Made by a program: the position numbers and the translations under genes. This document shows, piece after piece, positions 1 to 11,707 of a stretch of 64,000 nt of DNA. This DNA is from Raillietiella orientalis. Taxonomy: Eukaryota. The notes under the pieces were generated by a model, which worked only from the letters and a program-made list of their open reading frames with translations, was not told the origin of the DNA and made no database searches. Each line of letters starts with the position of its first letter. Within the stretch, counting starts at the first letter, position 1. The stretch is from positions 3,100,001 to 3,164,000 of the forward strand of contig JAYWIR010000021.1 of NCBI GenBank assembly GCA_036172245.1. The letters run 5' to 3'.

Positions 1-3000
1 GGAAAGGCGGCTCGCTCTCCCGAGCGCCCTCGTTCCGGGAGTCCGCGAGCTGCGACCCAGCCGCCCAGGTCAGGGACGCTGCCGCGCCCCACGATCTTTC
101 AGGCTAGCAGAAGAGGCGGCCGACCCCTTCTCCTCTCGCTCCCGCCCTCTTCTTTCCACGGTTCCCTCTCCAGATTCGTGAATGCGCGCGCAACGTCGGT
201 CGCATCCCTCTCAGCCGCGTGGCTGCTGACCCTGAAGGGAGGGCGGAGTCCCGTGCGGGCGTGATTTGCGGCGTGCGGCGCCGACGCGCCCGCGCCCGCG
301 TGCGACGTGCACGCGTGTGCGTGCGTGAGTGCCGGGAATTCCGCTCCTCGAGGTCTTGCACGAGAGGAGAAGAGGAAGGGAGAGAGGGAGGGGGAGAAGG
401 AAGGGAGGAGGAAAAGGAGGATGCGCCCATCTGAAGGACAGCAATCCGCCGGGAGCGACGTGAGTGACGCCGTGACTTCGCCGAGGTAGTCAAGGCCCAT
501 CGGTCCTTTCGGCACTGTGCGGATAGACCCTCTGGAGAGGAGACGGGACGCCGGCCTTCCGGGTCCCTTCGCATCTCCCTCACACTGGATTTCGTCTCTC
601 TGAAGCGTTCCTTGAAGGGGAAGGAGCGACCCGACGGAGACCTCTCGGTGAGGGACTTCGATTTCGGGGGATGCTGACCCTTTTCGGGCGGAGCTAGCGA
701 ACCGCCGCAAATCGGAGGCGTAGGGACCGCAAGAGGGAACACTCCATGGAGGAAGAGAACAGGAAGTGGAAGAACTCCATCCAGAACATCGGAAACGATC
801 CCGGAAAATTTTTTTCCCGCCATCTCCCCCTGTACGGCGCCGCCTCCCGGCGTTCGTGCCCTTTGCCCCTGGTGCGATTTCCGTGTGGGGCGCGCGCACT
901 TTCCACCGAGGTCGCGAGGGTAGGGAGGTCGAATCCGTCTGCCTCTCGTGCCGGATCCTGACCCAGTCTCCCGGGACACGGCGAGGTGGGGAAGCATCGC
1001 ACGAGACAGGGAGGGAGGAAGCAGGGAAGAAAGGTTTCGAGCATTCCGAGGGTCCCCTCTCGCCTCCCCTGGGGAGGTCGGCCCTCGCGCACTGTCTCGG
1101 GACGGATCCGTCCCGCTGGTGAACGGGGGCGCCCTCCCCATGTCAGCGCTGTGGGGGAGCGAGACGACGGCGGGTCCTTGGCAACGAAACCGCCGCGATG
1201 ATTTATGGCGCGAGTACCAGGACGCACCCGTCCGTGGAGCGCGCCGCTTCCGGGAACGCGCGTAGAAAAAGAAGCTCTCGCTCGAGTAATCCATAATCAT
1301 CCTGGCACCTTATTATTAGTAGCGGTGCTTTCTACCCCCGCTTCTCCCTCCCTTCCCCTCCACCCCTCTTCTCGCCGCTTCGGCATCCCTCAGCGCGTTT
1401 TCCTTTCGGTTCCACTGGTTCCTCCTGGAGAGAATTTCCACCAGGCATCTGCCTTAACCACACGACGCGAGGTCCAAATGACCGTAATAACAGCGATAAG
1501 AACGGCGCGGCCGGTTCATCATCGTGTCGACTCGGATGCAATTACAGTAATCTTTCCTGGACCGCTTTCAGCAGTTGCGAAGCACAAAGGAGGAATCGCA
1601 GGCGAAATTCCGAATTAGAAGGGACATGCGCAAGAAGTGTGCTCCGCGGCAAGAAAAAAAGGCCACCGCGAGAGGGAGGCAGAGAGAAGAGGAGAGAGGA
1701 AGGGAAGGGAAAGGAAGAGCGAAGGAGATGCACTCGCAAACGCGCGTGAGACTGCGGCGCCACGGCCCGCGCCCGCTTCCCGCGGGGCGAGAGCGCCTGC
1801 GACGACGGCGGATGTCGGGACGGCCTGCGGGACGACGGACGAACGCGGGGAGCACGCGCTGCTCCTGCCGCGGGCGCCCCGCCCGCGCGTCCCCTGTTTC
1901 GCCACAGAGAGCAGCCTCCCTGCTCCTCTTCTTCGCGCGAGGATCCGCAACGCCGCCCTTTCCGAGTCGAGCCGCCGTCGCTCTTGGGCCTCGTCCCCGC
2001 CGGGCTGCCTGGAGGCCGAGAGCGCTGCGAGCGCGGCGCGCGCGCCTACTCGCGGCCGCTCCCTGAAGCACCGCAAGGTCACGTGGCAAGTGTTGCGCCG
2101 ATCTTGTTTCGCCGGGGGAGAACCCGAAAACAAAGGCGCGCTGGATGCTGTTCCGGTGCGAAGATCAAAGAAGAGCTGAGAGTGTTGTTGCCCTTTGTGC
2201 TGCCTTTCGGCCGTGCGCGCCCGCCGCCGCCGCCTCCGCCGCCGTCGCCGCCTCCGCGCGGAAGCCGCTGCCGCCGGCACGCAGGGATGACGCGGGAACC
2301 GTTCGTCCGTTCGAGCGCGCGTGGACACCTGTCGACACGCAAGCGTTCCAGGAGCTGCCCCACAGGACGCGCAGCCCGGCTGCCTCTGGAGATTTACTGC
2401 CAGGTCCGCGTGCGCGCTTCCGAGGTGACGGCCCGTCTCCGGGGAGGGAGGGGAGCGCCCTCGCTGCCGGGCCGCGGAACGCCCGCCGCTTTCGGCCCCG
2501 TGGGACGTGAGCGGCAGCCGGCTGAGACCCCTCGCGCCCTTCCCGTCGGGAAGGGCGCGCGACGTCGCTCGCTTCCCTTTTTCCTTTCCTCACTTCTCCC
2601 GCCGACCTCCTGTCCTCCCCCCCTGCGTTGCCACTCCTTTCCTCCCACGCGCTCACCCCTTCTGCCTTCGTTTGAGGCGGCGGCGGAGAGCTCGGCCCGC
2701 CACGCAGTCCAGAGGAGGCGTTTCCGCGCAACCTCGGCGAGATCACGCTCTCGGAGGAAGCGGCTCGCTGCGCAGGCTGCCTGAGGCGGCGGCGGACTTT
2801 TCACCCGCGCGGGCTCCCGCTCCGTGTGGACTGCGAACGCTCCAGCGGCACGGGAAGAAAGGGGAGGGATGCAGTCGGGTCTTCCAGGTCGCGCTGCCAC
2901 CGCTGCGCACGCCCTGCGTCCCGCGGAGGGCGGACGAGCGGTGCTGTGCGGTCCCAGGGAGAGATCGGCGCGAAAGGGGGGTCTCTTAGGGGAGGAAGGG

Positions 3001-4364
3001 CAAGCCAGTCAGTCTGGCAGGGAAGGCACGGAGCGCGACATGAGCGGGGTGGGGCGCGGACTCGCCCGGCGGGTTTCTTTCCTCCCTTCCTCCTCCCCCC
3101 TTCGCGCCCTCGTCCCGCGCTCTCGCGCGCACGCAAGCACGACTTTCGCTTTCGCCGGGTGAGCGGACCGCTCCCGCCTCGTTGCCATGGCAGCGCACGG
3201 AAATTTTTCGTTCCGGGCTTTCTCCCACCCTGCTCACCGGTGCTCTCCTTCTCACGTTTCCCGGGTTTGCAAGCGCGCGGAAAGGTCGTCGTCGTCGTCG
3301 CGGGCTGAGGAGGAAGACGAGGAGGGGGAAAGGGAGCGTCCCCCCTTCCTCGCAAGGAAGGAAAAAAAAAAAAAAAAAAGAAGGAAAAAAAGGAAGCTTC
3401 AAGAAGGGGAAGAGGGAGGGAGAAGTTGCCGCATGCGCCGCGCCTCGGCGAAAGCACAAGGACAAAAAGGAGAGCGGGAGTTTCCCTGGTGGAAACATCC
3501 GATTCGTCCCTGGAGAAACCGGACGCGGCTGCGGTTGGCAGAGAGGGAGCGAGGGAGGGAAGGAGAGGAAGAGGAGCTGCTGCCGCTGCGGCGGCGGGGA
3601 TCACTGGATTTGGAGAGGGGGCGAGCCTCGACCTTGAGAGTTGGCAGGGAGCGCGGGACTCGTGGACGCTCCCACCCACCTTCCCGACATCGATCGTCCC
3701 GGTCTTCACTCCTTCGTCTTCCTCCCCTCCCCTCCCTCGTTCCCTTTGTTTTCCTGTGCACGTTTTTTTTTTTTTTTTTTCCTTTTCGCTCTTCAGGAAA
3801 AGGGGAAAGAAGGGGAAAAGGAGGAGGCGGAAGGGAGGAAGAGGATGGAAAGAGGAGGAAGGGAGGTCAGAGTTCGGGAAGGGATTCCTTCCTTTTTTTG
3901 AATGGGATTGTTGTGCTGCTCAGAGACCGCTCAGGGAAGAGCAGGAGGAAAGACGGGCAGCTTTTGCTGCTGCCTTGGGGAAGATGCTCTTCGCGGAAGG
4001 AGGAAGGTGGAGAGGAAGGGAGAGACCGCAGGAGGAGACGCAGGACCTCCATGATCACGTTTTTTTTTTTTTTCCGGGATCCGGGACAGGAAAGGAAGGG
4101 CCGCACCTCGTTCCCTCGGTGGAAGGGGAAGAGGAGCGGGGAGCGACGCGCGCGGGAGCTCGTCGCGGCTGCTGCCCGCTCCCGAAGGATGCGGAAGTGC
4201 CTTCGTCTCGAACGGACCTTCACTCCCGTCGTCAAGGAGCAGTTCCTCGCCTCCCACCTCCTCTCTCCCTCGCCAGCAGAGGTGCCCTCCTCCTCCTCCC
4301 GCCACCAGGGCGCTGGGCCTCCGGGAAGGCAGGTTCGCCGCGTCCACCTGGTCACGAGTTTCGC

Positions 4365-4368
<4 letters not shown>

Positions 4369-4399
<31 letters not shown>

Positions 4400-4448
4400 T
4401 GGGACGTGCGACGGGGGACCTTCGCCGCCGCCGCCGCCGCCGCCGCCG
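4369..4448 (+). repeat. (GAC)10 and (CGC)n trinucleotide microsatellites
   Basis: Directly visible. Confidence 0.95.
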
Positions 4449-4579
4449 ACGTCATCGTCGTCGTTAAGCTGCCGGATCGCCTCGTTAGGAGGAGGGCGCT
4501 CTCGGGTTTAATGGGCGACGTTCCACCCCAAGGGATAATCTGACTTAACAATGGCTGGAGTTAACCTGCCGCTCCAAGG

Positions 4580-5139
4580 TCAAGCGCTGGTGTGAACCGG
4601 CTCTGTGAGCGCCCGTGCTCTTTGTTGGTCAATAGCCCGCAAGAGAGAGAGAGAGAGGAGGAGGGAGGGAAGAAGGCTCGAGGCCGCCGCCTCGGATTCT
4701 TGGGAGAGCAGGAGGAGGAGGAGCTGAATCGAGAGCAGAGCAAAGATGATGATGCGGAGGAGGAGGAGGGGGAAAGGAAACCATGGCTTTTCCTCGTCTC
4801 TTCCCTCCGCCCCGCGCATCAACCCGTAATTTTCTTTCCAGGAGGCTGGAGAGCGCGCGCTTTCTTCTCCGAGTCTCCGCGCACCGGCGCGCGCGCGGTC
4901 TGCGTTCCCTCCTCCCCCTCCTCCTCTGCTGCCGCCACCCTTCGCCATCGCTTCTGGACCGCAGCCGTCATCAGCAGCAGCAGCAGCAACCGCGCCGGCG
5001 TCCTGCGCATTGGTCGCGTCACCGCCTTCCTGGGCATTGCTGGGAGGCGGTGGCGGGAGGGGAGCGGAGGAGGAGGAAAGTCCACCCTTCCTCCTCCTCG
5101 CATTCGGGTCCGCGGGGTCGGGGGGACGCGCGCACCTAC
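4580..5139 (-). CDS. Possible intron read-through C-terminal tail (svp type-2-like isoform, 186 aa, low complexity)
   Basis: The frame stays open past the exon-3 donor to TGA at 4582-4580 (ORF track 4580..5956). ATTAAA lies on the minus strand at 4512-4507. Confidence 0.3.
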
Positions 5140-5676
5140 CTGTTGTGAACAGGATGACGGCCTTGAGGCAGCTGTACTCGTTGGAGTCCAAGTGGAGGGC
5201 CTTCAGCTTGTCCACCTGTTCCTGGAATATCCGCACGTGGTCCATGAAGGCGAGGACCCTCTCGGACGCCATGGGAGACGGCGAGGCGTGAATGTTCGCG
5301 GCGGCGAGGAGCGGGGACAGGTGAAGGGGCAGCGAGCACTGGGAGGCGTTCAGCACGAAGAGTTCGCTCCAGCCGACGCGCAGCAGGGCAACCTGGTCCG
5401 ACACCTGGAGGTCGGGGAAGTGGGGGATGTTGCGGGCCCACTCCACGGCCGAGAAGAGCAGCCGGGCGGCCAACTCGCAGATGTTGTCGATGCCCATGAT
5501 GTTGTTGCTCTGCATGCACTGCCCGTACCGGGAGGGGGGGTACGGCTCTGCCTGGCGCAGCATGGAGATGTAGTAGGCGAAGTAGCTGTTCCCGTTGAGG
5601 GCGTCCCCGTTGGGGAACGCGAAGGGGACCGGCAGCATGGAGTGAGGGCTGGAATTCGCACGCCCGGGCTGAACGG
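5140..5676 (-). CDS. svp: COUP-TF/seven-up coding exon 3: hinge and N-terminal part of the ligand-binding domain
   Basis: Long pyrimidine tract then CAG|CC. Encodes AVQPGR...[72 protein letters not shown]...[29 protein letters not shown], a clear NR2F LBD; donor G|GTAGGT at 5140/5139; 537 nt. Confidence 0.97.
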
Positions 5677-7716
5677 CTGGAGGAGCACAAGAGAAAAAGA
5701 AAAAAAAAAGGGAGGAGAAGAAGATGGAGGGAGGGAAGGAGCAGGGAGAAGAGGTCCCCTCGTCCTCCCTCCCTCCCACCCCTGCTGCTTCCCCTGAAAA
5801 AAAATGGCGGAGACGGTCACTCCCTTCTTCCCGTGCTGCCCTCAGGACGACCGCGCATCGCGTCGCCACCATAGCCGCGCATGGGAGAAGCTGCCTCTGT
5901 CGTCGCTCCCTCCCCCTTCTTGCTGCCACCGACGCCACCCCCGACCCCATCCCCATCTCAACCTCGCCTCCCTTCGAGCGCGCGCGCAGGGCGCCGGCGC
6001 CGGAACGGCCGCCTCTCGCCCTTGCGCGGTGCGGTCAGTTCGAAGCCGAGGAGAATCTGCGTCCCCTGCGGCGCCCGTTTTCTCAGGTCGCACTCTGCGT
6101 CGATCGGGGCGGACGGGGGCGGAGGCTGCCTCCGGTTCCCGGAGGGAGGGAGGAGGGGAAACAGAAAGGGCCGCCTGGGAGGCTCCCTTGCATCCTCCCA
6201 CCACCCGCGTCCGTTCTCTCGGAAACCGCCGTCCCCGCCGCGATCGCCGCTCTGCCCTCCCCCTCTTTTGCGCGCGCGGAATACCCGAAAAGGAACGGAC
6301 TAAGGCTCGAGGGGGGCCGGGGAGGAATGCGTCGCGCGCACCCCAATCGAGGGTTCGAGTCGGCCGAATCCAAGTCTGAGGAGGGATCGACGGCGGGAGA
6401 GGAGGAGAGAGGTGTCCCTCCTGGAAACCGAAGGACCAGGAAGGAGGGCGAGGACAGACTCCAGACGTCCCCAGGAGCCAAGGAAGCGTCCTACTCGGCG
6501 CGCGGCCTGGCGGCTGGAGCGCTCGCGTCTACGGGGAGGTCTCGGGCGATCTTCCCACCCGCCTCGCGGGTCATGAAGGGATTCCTTCCTTCCTTGCTCT
6601 TCACCCATCCGCCTCTTCCAGGAGCACTCCCAAGAATTTGTCGCCTCTCCCTCCCGTCGGGGGAACGCGGAAGAGAGGAGGGAGGGGGTCGCGGATGAGT
6701 CCCGTCCCAGGCGGATCCTAGAAACCTCCGGACGATCCCAACTTGGAGTGGCTTCCCTGCTTTCACACTGAGATTCTTCTTCGGACAGGGAGCAGCGTGA
6801 TCTCCTTGGCGTGGGGGGAGGCCTCTCCGGACGTGGGAGAACGGGAGGAAGAAGGAGATGGGGGGAGAGGGAGAGAATGGTTTGCAGCGCCCTTTCCATG
6901 TGACGCCGTTCTCTTTTCCCCTCCCTTCTGCGTCGGTCTGTGCTGCTGCCACCCTGGTGTCGTGGAGGGGGGAGGGAGGAAAGAACTCCTCTGGAAGGTG
7001 TCTGTGTGGCGGGGGTCGGGACACCGGAACGGAGGCGGTCGCCTCCTCCTTGGGGGCACAGTCGCTTCTTGTTCGCCTCGCCGGAGGACAGGCACACTCG
7101 CCGGCGTTCCGGAAGGGGCAGTGGGAAGAGGAGAGAGGGAGGGAAGGAGGCGAGCCGCGTCGCCCGGGCTCCGGACGTCCACCTCCGCGCGCGTCTGCAG
7201 CCTCCTCCACAGCTGCCCCTCCCCGCTCGCGCTGCGAGCGACAGAGTCCGGAGGGCGAGTCGAGGGCGCCTGCGAAGCGGTCGGACGCAGGGTGGGCGCG
7301 TGCGTTTCCCACGTCGGCGTTTGCGAGCGGCCGGAGTCACGGAGTTGCTGCGGTAACCGCGGAATCACCCCGCGGCAGGTACGAGGCGCGTAATGGGGAC
7401 GGTCTCCATCTCCCCTTTCCTGGAGCGGGGAGCGTCCCGGAGGCCGACTACCCGCTCCGTCGCGAAACGACGGGCTCGACCGCCTCCCCTTGAGCGGGGA
7501 GCTCCCGGGAGGGGGTGGGTGGGAGAAAGGAGAAAAGAGAAGGGAGAGGGGGAGGGGTCGACCGGGGACCTCGAGAGCAAGCGCGTGTGACCCGATAAGA
7601 CCCTCACGGCGGTGAGGTGCGGGCGGAGGCGCCCATCGGCGCGCTCCTTACCACCGCGCCACCAGGCAGCAGAAACACCACTCGGCGGCGCGCGTCCAGG
7701 GAGAGGGGAGAGAGGT

Positions 7717-8954
7717 GACCAGGTCCAGGGAAGCGCAACCTCCTCCTCCTTCCCTTCTCTCCCCCTTTTTTCCTCGTTCGCGTTACCAGGAGCCCTCCCT
7801 CCCTCTCCCGGTAGCCATCCGTCAGCGAAACCGTTCCCCGCCAGGAACCCGACACCTCCGGGAACATGTGGAAGTTTGTTTTTTCGGGACCGCATGGGAG
7901 GGGGAGGGAGAGGAGGGAGGGAGGGAACGGCTCGGCAACCGCTGCGACGAAGACCGGCGGACGGCGGCGGTGCGCGCGCGCGAAACCGCCGCCGCGCGCT
8001 GTTCCAGTCGTTTTGTTTTTTTTTTTTGCGTTTTTCCTCCCCGGAAGGCAGAGGAAAGGATGCGCGGATGGGGGTGGGTGGGAGGTGGGGGAAAGAGAGA
8101 CCGGAGAACGGGTGGGGGGAGGTTGGGGGAGGAGGGGAAGCGGAAGAGCCTGAATGCAGTCCGCTGCCCGGCTGCACGCGTTCCGGCGGCGCGATGTGAC
8201 GGCCGGTAAGGCCAGGTCGCCATGTCTCCCGGGAAGCAGGGTGGCGGGAACTCGCCCGCAGGGCGTCTCCGCGCGCGCGCGCGCTCTCGGACGTGCGGGC
8301 GGGCGGACGGGTTCTCGGCTTTCCCGTTCCCGCCTCCCCGCTCCGTGAAGGAATGCGCCGCGGAGTGTCGTCTTGCCAGCCTGCCGCCCTCCTCCGGACG
8401 AATACAATGGAGCGTGTGCGCGCGCGCACGCGTGTGACCCCCCCTCTTCCCCCCCCCCCTCGTTTCCCACCCACCCATCTACTCCCCCCCCTTTCGCGAG
8501 GACGAAATTTCCTCCCCCTCCCCTTCCCTCCCGAGTCTCGGAAGCAGCGAGGAGGAGGGGCCGGAAGGACCTCCACTACTCCCACTTCTTGCAAGCGGGA
8601 TCCGAAGAGGGAGACGGTCCCACGTGGCCCTCCTGAAGATGAGTCCATTAGGAGGTGCCCCGCTCGGAAAGGGGGCCCGGGCCGGTTCATCCGCGCCTAC
8701 CCGCGTGCGCGCGCATGGGCACGCTGGAAGCGACGGATGTGGAGAGCAGCGAGCAACCTCGCGGCATCGCCGCCAGCTGTCTCTGCCGTCGTTTCCGGTT
8801 CGTCGAGTCGAACGGGGGAAGAACGGGATGCGCCCGCCTCCTTCACACGAATGAAGGACGTGAGAGAGCAATCTTCCCCTTTATCCTTCCCCTCTCTCCC
8901 CAAAACACACAAAAAATGGAGACCAGGTCCAGGGAAGCGCAACTTCCTCCTCCT
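7717..8954 (+). repeat. 34-bp direct repeat pair (7717-7750 and 8921-8954)
   Basis: GACCAGGTCCAGGGAAGCGCAACYTCCTCCTCCT, 33/34 identical, with unrelated flanks. Confidence 0.9.
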
Positions 8955-9970
8955 ACGCGGAACCTGGGACGTTCCTCTTCTCCTATGCCTGCCTCCGGCT
9001 CCTTCCACTTCCCTAACCCCCTCCACGAAGTCAACCCCTCGTGCCCTCCTTTCTCCCCCCCCGGTCCTTGCTGCTTTCCAGGCGACAGCGGTGACCCTGA
9101 CTTCCCCGATCTCCCCGCTCCTCCTGCGGGTCGCACCCTCATGACCGTCCCTCCAGCTTCGACTCATCTGGAGCAGCATCTCTTCACATCCCTCGGACTC
9201 GCACGGGACATGGGGTGGGGATGCCATCGCCCTCATTCGCGTCCCGTTATCCCCCTTATCCTTCGCGCGCTTTCCCAGAGTCCGGTGTCTTCCGTGTTCC
9301 TCACGTCTACTCGGGCGCCCTCTTTGTCACGGCCAGCCAGGAAGTCGGCAATTCAGAAGCCGCCCTAATTGTTGTTTTCTGGGGAGGCGGTGAAGCGGGG
9401 AGGGGGGGAGCTGACGAGGCTGAAGTGTCGACCGAGGGGGACCTCCGCCCCTCTTCACGCGGGCAGGGGACAAAAAGGAAGGATCCCTAGAGCCTCGCAA
9501 GCGCCGCCCTCGCAAGCGGCCGCCGTGTGTGTCGCTCCCTTACGGACGCGGAGGCAGGGTACCCCCACGCGGGAGGCGCGCGTGCGTGCTCGCGCGGCAG
9601 GGGCCAGGGGGCCGCCGCCTCGGGAATGATTCCTCCTCCCGGCGAAAGGCGCGCTCGAGCTCCCTCCCTCCGTCCCCCCCCTGGCGGCCTCCTTCGCTGG
9701 CGGACACCGAGGACGCTTCGCTGCCCACGCGGAGGGAGAGCGGCGCTGGAGCAGCGCGGCTGAAGAGCGCCCAACCGACTGACGGCGGCGACCCGGAAGG
9801 TGATGGGAAGGAGCGAAGCCTTGCGCAGACCCCCCCAGAGCGGTTTCCGAATGGATTCGGGTTTTCGGTTTGCCGCGCAAGGTGGGCGCTGTGGTGGCAG
9901 CGAACTCGCCCGCGCGCGCGTTTTGCAAGCCGGGAGGGGGGGGGGAGGACCGAAATGCCTAGGGAAAGAC

Positions 9971-10154
9971 GAAGAAGAAGAAGAAGAAGAAGAAGAAGAA
10001 GAGGAGGAGGAGGAGGGAAGAGGAAGAGGAAGAGGAAGAAGAGGAAGAAGAAGAGGAGGAGGAGGGAAGAAGAAGAAGAGGAGGAGGAGGAGGAAGGAAA
10101 GAAAGAAGAAAAGGAAGAGGCAAAAGAGAAAGAGGAGGAGGAGAGAAGAAGGGA
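9971..10154 (+). repeat. (GAA)n/(GAG)n polypurine tract in svp intron 2
   Basis: About 184 nt of purines with a single C at 10121. Confidence 0.95.
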
Positions 10155-10407
10155 TGCTGAGGGCCCGTCAAAGGAGTCCTTCGGATTCTGGTTGCGAAAC
10201 AAGGAGAGGAGAAGAAGGGAAAGGAAGGGAAGAAAGGGGCAGGAACACCATTCAGCTTCGCTGTCCCTCCTCTCCTCTTCCCTTCCTTCTCCCTTCCCTA
10301 CGTCTGGAAAGCGCACAGCACGCTGTGCTCGTCCTCTGGGCCACCCTGGTCCCTTCTGGGGGTGGAGGAGCCGACCGGCGGAAGCAACGCTCTGAACCCC
10401 CAGTTAC

Positions 10408-10557
10408 CTTCTCTCCTCATCCCCATCTTCACGCACTTCTGCAGGCGACAGTACTGACACTGGTTCCGGTGGTTCGTGTCGATGGGACAGTTGCGGTTCC
10501 CCCTGCAGGAGTAGTTCATCTTCTTCCTGACGCTCCTCTTGAAGAAGCTCTTGCAGC
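10408..10557 (-). CDS. svp: COUP-TF/seven-up coding exon 2: P-box and second zinc finger
   Basis: Acceptor ctcttcgttcCAG| with gTTAAC branch-like site upstream. Encodes (G)[49 protein letters not shown]; donor G|GTAACT; 150 nt, in frame with exons 1 and 3. Confidence 0.97.
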
Positions 10558-11379
10558 CTGGAACGAAGAGCGCATCCTCGTTAACGGAACCTCCGCAGGA
10601 ACGTTGGACGGAAGGAGCGGGGTGGGGAGGGCGGAAAAAGAGGGGTGGGGGAGGAAGGCACTTTCCGGCTCCCGGGAGAGCTCGGCACGCACGCTTCCTT
10701 CAGTCTGCTGGCTGTGCGGAGAGTCGCCCGCACGGTGCGCAGGTCTCGCCACTCAGGTCATGAGAGCTTCGAGCGTGCGGCTCAAGGATTCACCCCCCCC
10801 CCCCTCTCCCCTTTCCTCCCCGTCCATTCCCACCCTTCTTCCTGCTCATCCTCTTTTTCGACCCGATCCACTTGGGTCTCCCCGTGCGTGGTCGACGACG
10901 CGCCGTCGCGACACCTTTTCACCTCCTGCCGTCTCATTGGTGCCCCCAAGGCGACTTGGCCACCCTCTGGGACAACGGCGCTCGTCGCTCGCGCTTCACG
11001 CCGACCGTAAGCGCCGGTCACGATGCGGGGGATGACCGACCGTGTGAAGCATCTGATGGGGACGCTGCGGGCGCTTCGTGTGATGCCCGGCAACGAAAAG
11101 CCGACTGCAGCCCGCGAGCACGGCGGTGCCGTTGCCGTCTCTGCACCTCGGCAGAGACGTTGCTGCTGTCCCCCTCAGACCCAGGACTCCGGTCCAGCTT
11201 CTCCCCTTCAGCTCCTCCCGGTGGCACGAGGGTCCTCCCTTGAGACGGAGGGCTAATGCGCGCGCAACCCCGTCGACCTGCGTCTCCAAGCAACGAGCGC
11301 AGTGAGAGTTTGCGCAGAAGGGAGGGGGAGGGCGAAACGTTCTAAGACGAGGGACGGAGCCTCTCCTCGGAGGCGGACC

Positions 11380-11440
11380 AGGGGGGTTTCCGAGGACCAG
11401 GTCGGCCAAGGGATCGGGGTTCGAATCCCCGCCGGAAGTC
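11380..11440 (+). mobile_element. tRNA-derived SINE head (B-box) in svp intron 1
   Basis: GGGTTCGAATCCCCGCCGGAAG at 11417-11438 contains a Pol III B-box/T-arm; no cloverleaf; an identical 22-mer occurs at 14573-14552. Confidence 0.5.
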
Positions 11441-11707
11441 CCGGAGTGTCCCGGAGGGCCCCTGTAGTCAGGGCGGAGCCAGGGCACCTGACCCCCTGTG
11501 TCCAGGGGGTCAGTTGGAGTAGGAGATCCTCGCAATGCTCCAGAGCGCTGCGATGCCGCGCGGAGCCCTCGTCTGCGACCTGACCCTTCCTCACCCTCGA
11601 AAAGAGGGACGGGACGCCCCTCCGGGGTGGGGTGGGGTAGGAGTGTCCCCAGAGCTCTCGACGGCGAGGCGAGTAGGGGTAGGGCACCCACCCGGACGCT
11701 GACCTAC

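Noticed and set aside
1..5139. Final svp exon (DACGL..RFGKLLLRLP..LIRDMLL)
   Set aside because: No such peptide appears in the ORF track or in my reading of the minus strand; it probably lies left of the window. This is not evidence of pseudogenisation.
4592..5797. 401-aa plus-strand ORF
   Set aside because: Antisense shadow of the GC3-rich svp exon 3 plus low-complexity flanks; no domain.
8070..8091. G-quadruplex motif GGGGGTGGGTGGGAGGTGGGGG
   Set aside because: A real pattern, but G-runs are ubiquitous in this window, so it is not distinctive.
9529..11035. Poly-Glu/poly-Arg ORFs (288 and 411 aa)
   Set aside because: Translations of the GAA/GAG microsatellite and the antisense of exon 2.
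11380..11440. tRNA genes at B-box motifs (also 14552-14615 and 6350-6362)
   Set aside because: No A-box/D-arm, acceptor stem or anticodon arm can be folded.
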